Shown here: in pieces, positions 1 through 10,371 of the stretch
Layout of the letters: the number at the start of each line of letters is the position of its first letter
How positions within the stretch are numbered: the stretch's first letter is position 1
NCBI GenBank assembly: GCA_015069165.1
Contig: SVJD01000002.1
Location: forward strand, 65,385 to 129,384
Direction: 5' to 3'
Source: Oscillospiraceae bacterium
GTDB taxonomy: Bacteria > Bacillota > Clostridia > UBA1212 > UBA1255
DNA length: 64,000 bases
Translations under genes and position numbers: made by a program
The notes under the pieces: model-generated
Database searches by the model: none
What the model saw: the letters and a program-made list of their open reading frames with translations, nothing else
What the model was told of the DNA's origin: nothing

Positions 1-384
1 GCTTGGACATTCCTTCAATGGTGGCTTTCCGATGATGTTCAATCAGAATACGGCAGAGAAGTTGAAGCAACATTCGGCGTAGCTTCTCGTTGGAATCCTG
101 CAAATATGGTTGCAGTTCAATCACTCCCTTATTCACAGGAAGAATTGGATGTTATCAATGCTCAGTGGGAACATCTTAAAGAATCTCCCAATGCAATGGG
201 CGGTTACTATACGTCAAGATATTTGCTTACTGCATTGAACCAAACGGTAATTCAAGGTCTCAGCGGAAGAATTTCTCTTGAGGACGCAGTAAAAGAAATC
301 AATAAAGAAATGCGTCGTAAACAAGAAGAATTTGGTATCCCGGCAGACGGCTCAGTTTTGTATGAGCAACCTATCGCAGGGTAA
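1..384 (+). CDS. ABC transporter extracellular solute-binding protein, C-terminal fragment (5' end outside window)
   Basis: Frame 1 is open from base 1 (AWTFLQWWLSDDVQSEYGREVEATFGVASRWNP...) and runs into the listed 106..384 ORF. Two ABC permease genes follow directly. Confidence 0.6.
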   Translation, partial: AWTFLQWWLSDDVQSEYGREVEATFGVASRWNPANMVAVQSLPYSQEELDVINAQWEHLKESPNAMGGYYTSRYLLTALNQTVIQGLSGRISLEDAVKEINKEMRRKQEEFGIPADGSVLYEQPIAG

Positions 385-400
385 TAAGGAGGGATGATTT

Positions 401-1375
401 GTGAGTAAAGAAGAAAAAAAGATAAAAAAAGCTAAAACAAATGCACCCGTTGCACCGAAAAAGAGGTTTTTCAACGTAGAGAAGAGATTAGGATATACGC
501 TTCATGAGATGTGGGTACACAAAATGTCCTATGCGATGATAGCACCGTTCTTCATAATTTTTATAACATTTTCATTGTTGCCGTTGATAGCTTCATTAGC
601 GCTTAGTTTTACATACTGGAATATTTTCGAAGATCCGGTTTTCAACGGACTTCACAACTACGTATATTTGTTCGTTGATGACTCGCTCTTTTTAAAGGCG
701 TTCACTAACACATTGACATATGCAGTAATCGTAGGACCTGTTTCTTATGTAGCTTCATACTTTTTCGCTTGGTTTATCAACCAGGTGCCTGATAAAATCA
801 GACCGCTTTACGTTTTGGCATTCTACGCACCTGCGCTTTCAAGCGGTGTAGCCATGGCAGTTGTTTGGGCAGTAATGTTCTCTAACGATAGTACAGGTTA
901 TCTTAACTCGTTACTATTGAATTTAGGTTTGATATATGAACCTATTCAATGGTTGCAAGACGTAAACTACATCATGCCGGTTATCATCATAGTTGCTTTG
1001 TGGTCCAGTTTGAGTACACAGTTCCTTTCATTTGTTGCCGGCTTCAGAGGTGTTGACAGAGAACTTTATGATGCTGCTTCCGTTGACGGCGTTACATCAA
1101 GATTCCAGAAACTCTTGTATGTTGACGTTCCGCAGACAATGCCGCAGTTGTTGTTCTCAGCGGTTATCACAATTACAAGCTCGTTCTCCGTTGGTGCTAC
1201 TATCGTAGGACACCCCAGCCCGGAGGATGCGGCCCTTACGATTATGTTGCACTTAAGCGACTATTCAGGTACACGATTCGAGGTAGGTTATGCTTCTGCC
1301 ATAGCCGTTATTCTTTCGGTTATGATTCTCGGTATCGGTCGTGTTGCATTTAAAGTTTTAGGCGATAAGGAGTGA
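401..1375 (+). CDS. Carbohydrate ABC transporter permease (MalF/UgpA type)
   Basis: GTG start 8 nt after AAGGAGGG. Multi-TM protein with an EAA-loop-like motif (LYDAASVDGVTSRFQKLLYVDVPQ). Confidence 0.85.
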   Translation: MSKEEKKIKKAKTNAPVAPKKRFFNVEKRLGYTLHEMWVHKMSYAMIAPFFIIFITFSLLPLIASLALSFTYWNIFEDPVFNGLHNYVYLFVDDSLFLKAFTNTLTYAVIVGPVSYVASYFFAWFINQVPDKIRPLYVLAFYAPALSSGVAMAVVWAVMFSNDSTGYLNSLLLNLGLIYEPIQWLQDVNYIMPVIIIVALWSSLSTQFLSFVAGFRGVDRELYDAASVDGVTSRFQKLLYVDVPQTMPQLLFSAVITITSSFSVGATIVGHPSPEDAALTIMLHLSDYSGTRFEVGYASAIAVILSVMILGIGRVAFKVLGDKE

Positions 1376-1379
1376 TAAT

Positions 1380-2249
1380 ATGTTTCAAGTAGACGTTGAT
1401 TATTTAAAGAAAGCGAAAAAACGTAAAGATCACGGTAAAGTTGTCATATTAGTATTTCTTACTTTAGCCGGAGCAGTTTCTTTACTGCCGCTTATTTACC
1501 TTGTTTGTACGGCATTTAAACCCCCGGAGGAATTGTTCCTTTATCCTCCTACGTTTTTCGTACAAAACCCTACACTTCAGAATTTTAAGGATTTGACAGC
1601 TATTACGGCAAACAGTGCAGTTCCTTTTACAAGATATCTTTTCAATACTGTTTTGATAACAGTATGCTACATCTTCTGCTTGGTATGGCTTTTGACCATG
1701 ACATCATATCCGTTGTCAAAACATAAATTCCCCGGAAGAAACGGTTTGATGAGTCTTGTAACAACATCGATGATGTTTATTGCAGCTGCTGCAGGTATTC
1801 CGTCATATTTGATTATTACTTCGTTGAAGTTGGATAATACATATTTCGTATTTATTATTCCTGCTTTGGCAAATACAACATGTTTGTTCCTTATGAAGCA
1901 GTTCCTTGATACAGTTCCGAATGATATATTCGAAGCAGGTAAAATTGACGGTGCTTCAGAATGGCAGTTGTACCAGAAAATTGCAGTTCCGCTCCTCAAG
2001 AATGCTCAGGCAACAGTAATTATATTGACATTCGGAAGTATTTGGAGTGAAACAGCAACTTCAACAACTTATATTTATAAAGAACAATTAAGAACATTGG
2101 GATTCTTTATGTCAACTATCGGTGGCGGTATCGCCAGAACGGGTGCCGGCGCTGCTTCAGGTTTAATTATGACACTTCCGAGTATTATAATCTTCATTGT
2201 AAACCAGAGCAGAGTTCAGGACACAATGGCACACTCAGGAATTAAATAA
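1380..2249 (+). CDS. Carbohydrate ABC transporter permease (MalG/UgpE type)
   Basis: AAGGAG RBS. Six-TM-like profile with EAA loop FEAGKIDGASEWQLYQKIAVPLL. Confidence 0.85.
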   Translation: MFQVDVDYLKKAKKRKDHGKVVILVFLTLAGAVSLLPLIYLVCTAFKPPEELFLYPPTFFVQNPTLQNFKDLTAITANSAVPFTRYLFNTVLITVCYIFCLVWLLTMTSYPLSKHKFPGRNGLMSLVTTSMMFIAAAAGIPSYLIITSLKLDNTYFVFIIPALANTTCLFLMKQFLDTVPNDIFEAGKIDGASEWQLYQKIAVPLLKNAQATVIILTFGSIWSETATSTTYIYKEQLRTLGFFMSTIGGGIARTGAGAASGLIMTLPSIIIFIVNQSRVQDTMAHSGIK

Positions 2250-2265
2250 CGGAGGTTTAAAGACA

Positions 2266-4362
2266 ATGAAATTTAAAAGATTTATCTGTCTTCTTCTATT
2301 GTTTTCCTTAGTATTATCTGTAGGCTTTACAGTAAGTGCGAAGACGCCTTATGCGAACTACTATATTCAGGAAAATGAAAAGACAGCAAAACCTATTCCT
2401 GCAGCTTATGAAACAAGTACGGTTATTGACTTCCTGTCAACAGAAACAGGTAAGCTCAAGAATCCGGAAGATATGTTTATTGATAAAGATGGAAAAATCT
2501 ATGTTGCAGATACAGGTAACAACAGAATTGTTGTTTACAGTGCAAAATATGAGTTCCTTTTTGAAATCAGTAGCGACGGAGCTTATGCAGACGGTGATTT
2601 GTCAGCATTGAAAGACCCTACGGGTGTATATGTTGATCCTAAAGACGGTGCGATTTTGGTAGCCGATTCAGGTAACGGTCGTATTGTTGAGTTTACAAAA
2701 TACGGTAACCTTCGTTATTCATATCCGAAGCCGGAGAGTGAACTTCTCGCGAGCGACTTTTCTTATCAGCCGGAGAAGGTAACAAAAGACTCAAGAGGAT
2801 TTATGTACGTTACCAATAAAGGTGACAGTAACGGTATTATGCAGCTTAGCACTAACGGTGAATTCATAAGCTACTACGGTACAAACAAAGTTAATCTTTC
2901 TTTTTGGGAATCTATTGCAAAGCTTCTTTGGAGCCGTGAAGACAGAAAAGGTACGGTTGTAACACTTCCTTATACGTTTACAAACATATACTCAAGTGAT
3001 GACGGATATATGTACGCTACAACAACGACAGAAACACCTCCGCAAGTAAGAAAAATCAACATCGGCGGATCTGACGTTCTTTACGGAGCATACGATTTCC
3101 GTGATAACAGTATTATGTCGAGTATTACGGAAGTAAACCAAATTTTCTGTGATGTTACTGTTGATAAATACAATAATATGCTTATTGTAGACAGACAGTT
3201 CGGCAGAATATATGAGTATGACGAAAGAGGTAATAACTTGTTTGCCTTTGGTGATAAAGGTTCAGGTTACGGACAGCTTTCTTATCCTGTAAGTATTGAA
3301 ACAGATTCAGAAGGCAGAGTATATGTACTTAATAAAACAACAGGTAACATAACAGTATTTAAACCTACAGAATTTGCTGATCTTGTACATGAAGCAAACA
3401 AACTTTATAGTGAAGGTAAATACGAAGAGTCAAAAGCTATTTGGCAAAAAGCTCGTGAAAAGAGTAATTATTACTCTTTGGCTCTTGTAAATATCGGTAA
3501 TATCCTTTTGAGAGAAGAATTTAACAATGAAGCTTACGATTACTTCTACGAAGCTGAAAACGCAACTTATGCTTCTGATGCATATGAAGAAATCAGAGCA
3601 GATTTCTTGCGAGATTACTTTTCATGGATCATTATTGCGGTAGTTGTATTGTTGGTTTTGTTGATTGTAGTTTCTGCTGTTAAAAAAGCGAGAAGAAAAA
3701 AACACGGTGCTCCTGTTGAAAAGAAGAATGCTTTAACTGTTATTAAAGGATTCTTTGGCAGAGTATGGGGCATTATGCGTCACCCCATTGATGGATTTGA
3801 GGAAATAAGATATGAGAATCAAGGTTCCTATGCAGATATGATTATCATTATGATTTTGTATGCTTTAGTTTCTGTTTTTTCTGTTTACGGTGAGAGTTTT
3901 ATTTACAGAGACGGTGCTTCTCTCGATACAGTAGAACCTGTTTCAACATTCTTCTTTGCATTCTTACCTTGGATAGTTGTTTGCGTTGTAAACTACGGTG
4001 TAACTACTATCATGTACGGTGAAGGCAGATTCAGAGATGTTATAATAGGCGGTGCTTATTGTCACGGTCCCTTGTTACTCCTTTCGTTGCCGTATGCATT
4101 GCTTACACACTTGCTTACATTAAACGAATCAGGTATTTATTCGATTTTAGGAACATTGCTTGCAATTTATACTGTTGCTCTTGTTTACTTCTGCATTAAG
4201 GGTATTCACGGTTTCCATCCTGTAAAAGCATTTATAGTATTCTTGCTGACAGTTGTAGGCGTAGCTGCTGTGGCATTGTTGTTCTTTATAGTATACGGTC
4301 TTGCGGCACAGATGTTTGACTTTATTATTCAATTTGGTAAGGAGTTGATTTATCTTGTTTAA
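2266..4362 (+). CDS. Secreted NHL-repeat / TPR-like protein fused to a C-terminal Yip1-type polytopic membrane domain
   Basis: Signal peptide (MKFKRFICLLLLFSLVLSVGFTVSA). Repeated NHL-like units (YVADTGNNRIVVY, LVADSGNGRIVEF, IVDRQFGRIYEY, VYVLNKTTGNITVF). A helical TPR-like stretch, then a TM helix, a basic loop and 4-5 further TM helices. Confidence 0.7.
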   Translation: MKFKRFICLLLLFSLVLSVGFTVSAKTPYANYYIQENEKTAKPIPAAYETSTVIDFLSTETGKLKNPEDMFIDKDGKIYVADTGNNRIVVYSAKYEFLFEISSDGAYADGDLSALKDPTGVYVDPKDGAILVADSGNGRIVEFTKYGNLRYSYPKPESELLASDFSYQPEKVTKDSRGFMYVTNKGDSNGIMQLSTNGEFISYYGTNKVNLSFWESIAKLLWSREDRKGTVVTLPYTFTNIYSSDDGYMYATTTTETPPQVRKINIGGSDVLYGAYDFRDNSIMSSITEVNQIFCDVTVDKYNNMLIVDRQFGRIYEYDERGNNLFAFGDKGSGYGQLSYPVSIETDSEGRVYVLNKTTGNITVFKPTEFADLVHEANKLYSEGKYEESKAIWQKAREKSNYYSLALVNIGNILLREEFNNEAYDYFYEAENATYASDAYEEIRADFLRDYFSWIIIAVVVLLVLLIVVSAVKKARRKKHGAPVEKKNALTVIKGFFGRVWGIMRHPIDGFEEIRYENQGSYADMIIIMILYALVSVFSVYGESFIYRDGASLDTVEPVSTFFFAFLPWIVVCVVNYGVTTIMYGEGRFRDVIIGGAYCHGPLLLLSLPYALLTHLLTLNESGIYSILGTLLAIYTVALVYFCIKGIHGFHPVKAFIVFLLTVVGVAAVALLFFIVYGLAAQMFDFIIQFGKELIYLV

Positions 4363-6844
4363 GAAGAAAAATATTGAACAAAAACAAAATAATGATCCTT
4401 TGTTTCAAGTAGCAAAACGCGAAAAGAGAATTAAAATCATTAAAGCTTGCGTGGCTCTTGCTTTTGTCGGACTCCTTGCGTTTATCGTTATTGCTGTTGC
4501 AACCGGCGACGGAAATGATGTTATATTCCGTAAAGACGGTGTTGAAGCAGTAAGAGAGGTTGCTGCAACAGATACATCAAAAGGTATTAAAGGTGTAATG
4601 CTTAACGACCAAGGTTTGACTGTAGTAGCTGAAAATGACAAATTAAAACTCAGTTTTTCCAATAAAGATAACCTCTTTATGGTAGAGGATAAAGCAACGG
4701 GAGAAATTTTCCGTTCTTATCCGGAGCCGATACATGAAACAACTTTGGCAGAAAATGAAACTTCTGACTTGGCTGCATACGCCGCAAATTCAGAAACAGG
4801 ACAATTCATTACTTCTCCTGTATTTGTAGGATATACAAAATCAGGTATGGACGGCGGATTTACTCTCGGTGTAAATCAGATGCCTCATGTAAAGACTGTC
4901 TACCACATTAAAAACGGTGTTCGTTTGCGCTATGAAATGAAAGATCTCGAGTTGGAATTTTCTGTTGAGATTACAATTGAAGATAATGAACTCGTTTACA
5001 GAATTCCCGTAAACGGAATTATCGAAAGAGAAGGTCTTGCAGGCGAAGAACAAGACAGAAGACCTTTGCTCGTTTCTTTGAGTGTTCTTCCTTATATGGG
5101 AGCTCACCGCAGCGGTCAAGAAGGTTATTTTGTAACTCCCGACGGAGTTGGTGCACTTACAAAGTTTGATTCTGCAAGAATTACAAACTACAATGAGTAT
5201 TCCAAAAAACTCTACGGAACTGACTTAACTTTTGATACTTCAGATTCACCTGATTACAACAATCAGCTTCTTTCAATCGGAGCTTACGGTATTGTTGAAA
5301 ATTTAGGCGAAGAAGGTAAAAATATAAACAGCGTTGCAAATTCTATGATGACTTCATTTATCCATGAAGGCGATTCAAATGCAGAGCTTAAAATTTCTAA
5401 CCCGGGCATCAGAAGTCTTCCTTTCTATGCAATATACTTCCAGTACAATTACCGTGATTTCTACAAATTGCAGATTTCAGACGGCGGTACTCAGTATGAT
5501 ATGGTTGTTAAAGATAAGCAAATCGGCGATGTTGAGCAACGCATAAAGTTTACTGTATCAGATAAAGATGATTTTTCTTATGTTGATGTAGCTAAAGAGG
5601 TTCGCAATAAACTTCTTGCTCAGTGGAAAGAGCGTTATGGTGCTGATGTTGCTATGGGTTCATCAGGCAATGCTCCTGCTCTTAATATGAAAATGTTCAT
5701 GGGTGCTCAGAATGAAATGGGCGGTGTTCTTAACCAAGTTAAGACAATGACAGATTTTCAAGATGTTCAGGATATATACAACGAGCTTAATTCAATGGGT
5801 GCGACAGATTTACGTCTTTCACTTTTGGGTTGGCAAAAGGGCGGATATTATTGGAATTCTACTTCAAAGCTGAAAACAGACAGTGCTTTCGGCGGAAGTG
5901 ACGGTCTTGAAGAGCTCTACAAATGGGCTAAAGGCAAAGATATAACTCTTGCTCTTGATAACAACCTCTTGATTGTATACGGAGATCCCACTAACGGTGC
6001 AACATTCAGAAACTCTATTGTAAAACAGGCAAATACATTCTATCTTAACTATTACATTAAGAATAACTCCGGTGTATACAGAAAGACAGATTTCTATGTA
6101 TTGAGCCCCGAGTATTTTGATGAAGAAATTCTTGAAGATGTAATAGAAAGACTTAAAGAATTCGGTGCAAATAATGTTGATTTGCAACAGTTGGGCGATA
6201 TGGTATATTCTGACTATAACGAAGAAAACCCGCTCTTCAGAGTTCAAGCTATAAGTCTTTATGTGAAATGGTTGCAGAAATACGGCGAGAACTTCGACGA
6301 TGTTGCGGTATACAGCGGAAACTCATACGCAATTCCGTATGTTGATACAATTCTCGATATGCCTATTGAAAAATCTTCACATATCGTTCTTGATGAAGAG
6401 ATTCCGTTTATGCAAATTGTATATCACGGTTTGGTAGATTACTATTCAGCTCCTGTAAACAATCAGGATGATGAAGTATTCTTTACACTCCGTTCAATAG
6501 AATACGGTTCACTTATGTCTTATGAAATAACAAAAGAAAAGACAAGTGATTTGAGATACACATATTATAACGGTTTGTACCGTTCTGAATATGCTAACCT
6601 CAAAGATGAAATAGTTGCTCGTTACAATGCGGTTGCAAAAGCAGTTAAACCTTTTGCATCACTTGAAATTGCAGATCACTTTAGAGTAGAAGAAGGTAAA
6701 GACGTATTCTGTACGGAATATTCTGACGGAACTCGTGTTTATGTAAACTATGAAACAAGCGATTTTGACTCTGTTGACGAGGCAGGTAATAAAATAAAAG
6801 TTGCTGCTAAAAATTATACAATTTCAAAGAAGGGAGGAAAGTAA
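4355..6844 (+). CDS. Large membrane-anchored extracytoplasmic protein, DUF5696-like (function unknown)
   Basis: TTG start overlaps the upstream stop, with AAGGAG 9 nt upstream. One N-terminal TM helix, then about 770 aa of soluble sequence. The family assignment is from memory of similar ABC-locus neighbours and was not searched. Confidence 0.5.
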   Translation: MFKKKNIEQKQNNDPLFQVAKREKRIKIIKACVALAFVGLLAFIVIAVATGDGNDVIFRKDGVEAVREVAATDTSKGIKGVMLNDQGLTVVAENDKLKLSFSNKDNLFMVEDKATGEIFRSYPEPIHETTLAENETSDLAAYAANSETGQFITSPVFVGYTKSGMDGGFTLGVNQMPHVKTVYHIKNGVRLRYEMKDLELEFSVEITIEDNELVYRIPVNGIIEREGLAGEEQDRRPLLVSLSVLPYMGAHRSGQEGYFVTPDGVGALTKFDSARITNYNEYSKKLYGTDLTFDTSDSPDYNNQLLSIGAYGIVENLGEEGKNINSVANSMMTSFIHEGDSNAELKISNPGIRSLPFYAIYFQYNYRDFYKLQISDGGTQYDMVVKDKQIGDVEQRIKFTVSDKDDFSYVDVAKEVRNKLLAQWKERYGADVAMGSSGNAPALNMKMFMGAQNEMGGVLNQVKTMTDFQDVQDIYNELNSMGATDLRLSLLGWQKGGYYWNSTSKLKTDSAFGGSDGLEELYKWAKGKDITLALDNNLLIVYGDPTNGATFRNSIVKQANTFYLNYYIKNNSGVYRKTDFYVLSPEYFDEEILEDVIERLKEFGANNVDLQQLGDMVYSDYNEENPLFRVQAISLYVKWLQKYGENFDDVAVYSGNSYAIPYVDTILDMPIEKSSHIVLDEEIPFMQIVYHGLVDYYSAPVNNQDDEVFFTLRSIEYGSLMSYEITKEKTSDLRYTYYNGLYRSEYANLKDEIVARYNAVAKAVKPFASLEIADHFRVEEGKDVFCTEYSDGTRVYVNYETSDFDSVDEAGNKIKVAAKNYTISKKGGK

Positions 6845-6847
6845 TAC

Positions 6848-7735
6848 ATGGCTAAACAAGTAAAAGCAAAAAAGCAATTAGCACATAAGCGTACTTTAGG
6901 CAGTGTTATTTCCTTTGAAAGAAGAAAGTCCCTTGAGGGTTGGGCGTTCTCTATTCCTTGGGTTATCGGATTCATAATTTTCATTTTGGTTCCGCTCATA
7001 CTTTCAATCAGAATCAGTTTTTATATTACTCAGCTTACTGACCTTTACGGTTTTGAAGGCCAGAGTAAATGGACCGGCATTCAAAACTACGTGGATATTG
7101 TTCAGAATCCGGAAGTCGGAGAAGTAATGCTGAACTCCTTCCTTGATTCACTTTGGCAAGTGCCGATTATAGTGTTCTTTGCACTTTTTGTAGCGGTACT
7201 TCTTAAACAGAAATTCGCGGGAAGAGTATACTTCAGAGTAATATTCTTTATCCCTGTTATTCTCGCCGGCGTAATTATGAGTTACCTCTTCGGAGAAGGT
7301 GTAGGAAGCATAAGCGTATTCGGTTCGCTTGTAAATTCCACATCAGGTATTTTCTCTACTTTCGGCGGAAAGCTTACACAGTATATCGGTGATATCATGT
7401 GGAGCAGCAGTGTTGAAATATTGATTTTCCTTGCAGCTTTGCAGAGTGTTCCGGATATTCTTTACGAGGTAGTTGAAATTGACGGTGCCACAGCTTGGGA
7501 GTCATTCTGGCATGTAACACTTCCTTATATTTCACCTTTCGTAATTTTGAATTGTATATATGCTCTTGTTGACTCATTTACAAAGTATAACAACCCTGTA
7601 ATGAGTATGATGAATCAGATGACGGAAAAGGGTACTGAGTACGGTATGGCATCTGCTTTGAGCTGGATGTATATGCTCCTTGCTCTCGTTACGATTCTTA
7701 TATTCATCTTATTTACAAGGAGGTGGCTCAAGTGA
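6848..7735 (+). CDS. Carbohydrate ABC transporter permease (MalF type), second system
   Basis: GGGAGGAAAG RBS. Multi-TM protein with EAA loop YEVVEIDGATAWESFWHVTLPYI. Confidence 0.85.
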   Translation: MAKQVKAKKQLAHKRTLGSVISFERRKSLEGWAFSIPWVIGFIIFILVPLILSIRISFYITQLTDLYGFEGQSKWTGIQNYVDIVQNPEVGEVMLNSFLDSLWQVPIIVFFALFVAVLLKQKFAGRVYFRVIFFIPVILAGVIMSYLFGEGVGSISVFGSLVNSTSGIFSTFGGKLTQYIGDIMWSSSVEILIFLAALQSVPDILYEVVEIDGATAWESFWHVTLPYISPFVILNCIYALVDSFTKYNNPVMSMMNQMTEKGTEYGMASALSWMYMLLALVTILIFILFTRRWLK

Positions 7736-8700
7736 CGAAGTTATATAATAAAGTTTCTGATTTTTTCACAGGACTTGTTGAGAAATACAGAAATTTGGGC
7801 TATAAAGCAAAAAAGAAAATTACTTTTGTAATCGGACGTATTTTCCTGTATTATGTTTTGATTGAGCTTGCTTACTTATTCTTGCTGCCGTTCATATACA
7901 TTTTGACAACATCTATGATGTCATATCAGGATTATATGGATCCTACGGTAAGTTGGATTCCGACTGCGTTCGAATATCAAAACTTCGTTGATGCTTGGAT
8001 TGGTCTTTCATATCCTCGTTCATTCTTGAACTCTTTGATTTTGTCTTTGGGAAGTGCGCTCTTACAAGCAGTTTCTTGTGCAATCATCGGATATGCTTTG
8101 GGTAGATTTAAATTCAAAGGAAGAAATCTTTTGTTTATCTTCTTGATTCTTGTTTTGTTGATTCCTCCCCAAACAACAATCTTGTCATCATACGGTATGT
8201 GGGCTACATTTGGTTTGACAAATACATACGCTCCGATTCTTGTTCCGTGTATATTCGGTCTTGGTTTGAGAGGTGCATTGTTCGCTTTGATTTATATGTA
8301 CTTCTTCCAGAGAATCCCCGATGCTATGGATGATGCGGCACGTATCGACGGTGCAGGTCCTTTGAGAGTATTTATCCAGATTATGTTACCTTTGGTAAAA
8401 TCTGCTATTGCAATTGTATTTATTTTCTCATTTGTATGGCACTGGAATGATAACTACGAAGCACCGACATATATGTTCAAACAAAACATGATGACACTTC
8501 AGCCGAAACTCGATAAGATTCAGACATATTATGCTGAAATTATGGGTTACAGCGGCGAAGCAAGTGATTTTGATAAAGCTATGACAGAGCCCATGCTTTT
8601 TGCAGGATGTTTGCTTGTTATGATCCCTGTTTTGATCGTATACATAGCAGGCCAAAATAAATTGGCATCCGGTATTGAGCGACTCGGCGTTATAGAGTGA
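7732..8700 (+). CDS. Carbohydrate ABC transporter permease (MalG type), second system
   Basis: The GTG at 7732 lies 8 nt after AAGGAGG (7717..7723) and overlaps the upstream stop (GTGA). The track start at 7723 sits inside the RBS. EAA loop DDAARIDGAGPLRVFIQIMLPLV. Confidence 0.8.
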   Translation: MTKLYNKVSDFFTGLVEKYRNLGYKAKKKITFVIGRIFLYYVLIELAYLFLLPFIYILTTSMMSYQDYMDPTVSWIPTAFEYQNFVDAWIGLSYPRSFLNSLILSLGSALLQAVSCAIIGYALGRFKFKGRNLLFIFLILVLLIPPQTTILSSYGMWATFGLTNTYAPILVPCIFGLGLRGALFALIYMYFFQRIPDAMDDAARIDGAGPLRVFIQIMLPLVKSAIAIVFIFSFVWHWNDNYEAPTYMFKQNMMTLQPKLDKIQTYYAEIMGYSGEASDFDKAMTEPMLFAGCLLVMIPVLIVYIAGQNKLASGIERLGVIE

Positions 8701-8711
8701 CGGAGGATTAT

Positions 8712-10244
8712 ATGTTTAAGAAATTACGTAATGCTTTAATATTAGTATTAGTTGTTGTGATGACCGTATCTTTAATCGGTTGCTCCGGAAGCGGAAGCGG
8801 AAACAACGATGACAGCAATTCGGGACAGACAAAACCTGTTCCGGAGGATCTTGCCGGAACAATTACAATTTCTGCATACAATGCAGAATATACAGCAAAT
8901 GACCCCTACGGTGAAGACGAAAACAATGATAATGATAATGATTTGTTTATGTTCACACAGGCATTTGCACAGCAATATCCCAGTGTAGATGTTCAGTTGG
9001 ATGCAACACTCGGATATGATGAGTACTTTGAAACTCTTGATGCAAGAATTGAAAGCGGAAATATCGGAGATGTAATTCTTATAAGCTCCGACAAACTTCC
9101 CGAGTATGTTGAAAAGGGTTGGATTGTTGACATCAGCAATGAAGCAAACGGTGTAACAGACTTCACAGATCCTCAATATAACAAACTTTATCCTTCAAAA
9201 GTATACATGCAAGCAGCTTATGATGCTTCTGTGTATGACGGTCGTTTGTATATGTGCCCTGTTGAGTATTTGAATCAAGTAGTTATTCTTAACCTTGATT
9301 TGCTCAAAGCAGCGGGAATTGAAAACCCGGTTCCTGCAGATGATTGGACATGGGAAGATTTGCGCGGATATGCAGAAGCACTCAAAAACAGCGGTGTAGA
9401 AACACCAATGCTTATGAATTATAACGATTATTCTATTTGGGGTTCTTTTGCTCAAAGCTTTGGCGGCAGTATTTACAATGATGTAAACTTTGCAGATAAG
9501 ACTGTTGAACTTAATTTGACAGACCCTAATGTTATCGAAGGTCTTGTGTATTTTGCAGAAAACTTCCTCAGAACAGGTTACGTAAGTGATAAAACAACGA
9601 AGGAAGTTAAAGGCGAGGATTTGTCTAAATACGGTATTATAGTGGCTGACCACTCTGATATTGTAAAATGGCAGAAAACTTTGGAGACTGTAAAAGCAGA
9701 TGACGCCGAAAGCACTGCTTTTGATTGGGAGTTTGCTCATTTTCCGGGATTTGCGGCTGAAGATGGTACAGTTTGTAAAAATATAGGAGTAAAGACTTTG
9801 GGCTTTGCGGTTATAAATCGTGAAGTAGTAAAATCAATTGATTCTTCTGCGATTGATAAAACTGAGGACGAAATCAAAGAAGAACAGGCAGAAATTGCAA
9901 ATACAATTAAATTGGCAAAGAGCCTTGCTCTTTATGCAATGGTAAAAGATGCAGCGGTTGCTTATGCAGGTGAAACAGGATACAAAGTACCGGCAATAAA
10001 GAATGCAAATGATATGAAGTTTTGGAGAGAATATCCTGCTTCAGGAAAGAACACATCAGTTTTCTCTTTGTATGCAGAAAATGACTACCCTGCGATTCTT
10101 ACTTCTTTCATGTCATGGAATGCTTCTAAAGAAGTAAAAGATGCAGTTGCAAAAGTTTTTGAGTCGTATGTTGAGGAACAGTCGATAGCGCGTATTGATG
10201 AATTACTTCAGGAAATTCAAGATGCCGCAAATGCAAATGATTAA
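8712..10244 (+). CDS. ABC transporter solute-binding lipoprotein
   Basis: ATG follows GGAGGA. Lipobox LIGC followed by a Ser/Gly/Asn/Asp-rich linker. SBP-like body. Confidence 0.8.
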   Translation: MFKKLRNALILVLVVVMTVSLIGCSGSGSGNNDDSNSGQTKPVPEDLAGTITISAYNAEYTANDPYGEDENNDNDNDLFMFTQAFAQQYPSVDVQLDATLGYDEYFETLDARIESGNIGDVILISSDKLPEYVEKGWIVDISNEANGVTDFTDPQYNKLYPSKVYMQAAYDASVYDGRLYMCPVEYLNQVVILNLDLLKAAGIENPVPADDWTWEDLRGYAEALKNSGVETPMLMNYNDYSIWGSFAQSFGGSIYNDVNFADKTVELNLTDPNVIEGLVYFAENFLRTGYVSDKTTKEVKGEDLSKYGIIVADHSDIVKWQKTLETVKADDAESTAFDWEFAHFPGFAAEDGTVCKNIGVKTLGFAVINREVVKSIDSSAIDKTEDEIKEEQAEIANTIKLAKSLALYAMVKDAAVAYAGETGYKVPAIKNANDMKFWREYPASGKNTSVFSLYAENDYPAILTSFMSWNASKEVKDAVAKVFESYVEEQSIARIDELLQEIQDAANAND

Positions 10245-10292
10245 CGCGATTTTAAAAAATTGTTAAGATAATGTTATATTCGCAGGCGCGTA

Positions 10293-10320
10293 TTGACAAA
10301 TTGCTTGCGTGTGATAATAT
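10293..10320 (+). promoter_or_regulatory. SigA-type promoter candidate for the second SBP gene
   Basis: TTGACA (10293..10298), 16-nt spacer, TAATAT (10315..10320), with TG at 10312..10313 (extended -10). Confidence 0.45.
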
Positions 10321-10371
10321 TAAATTGTTTAAATGTAAAGAAAATAGACTTTATTTTAGGAGGTTATTTTG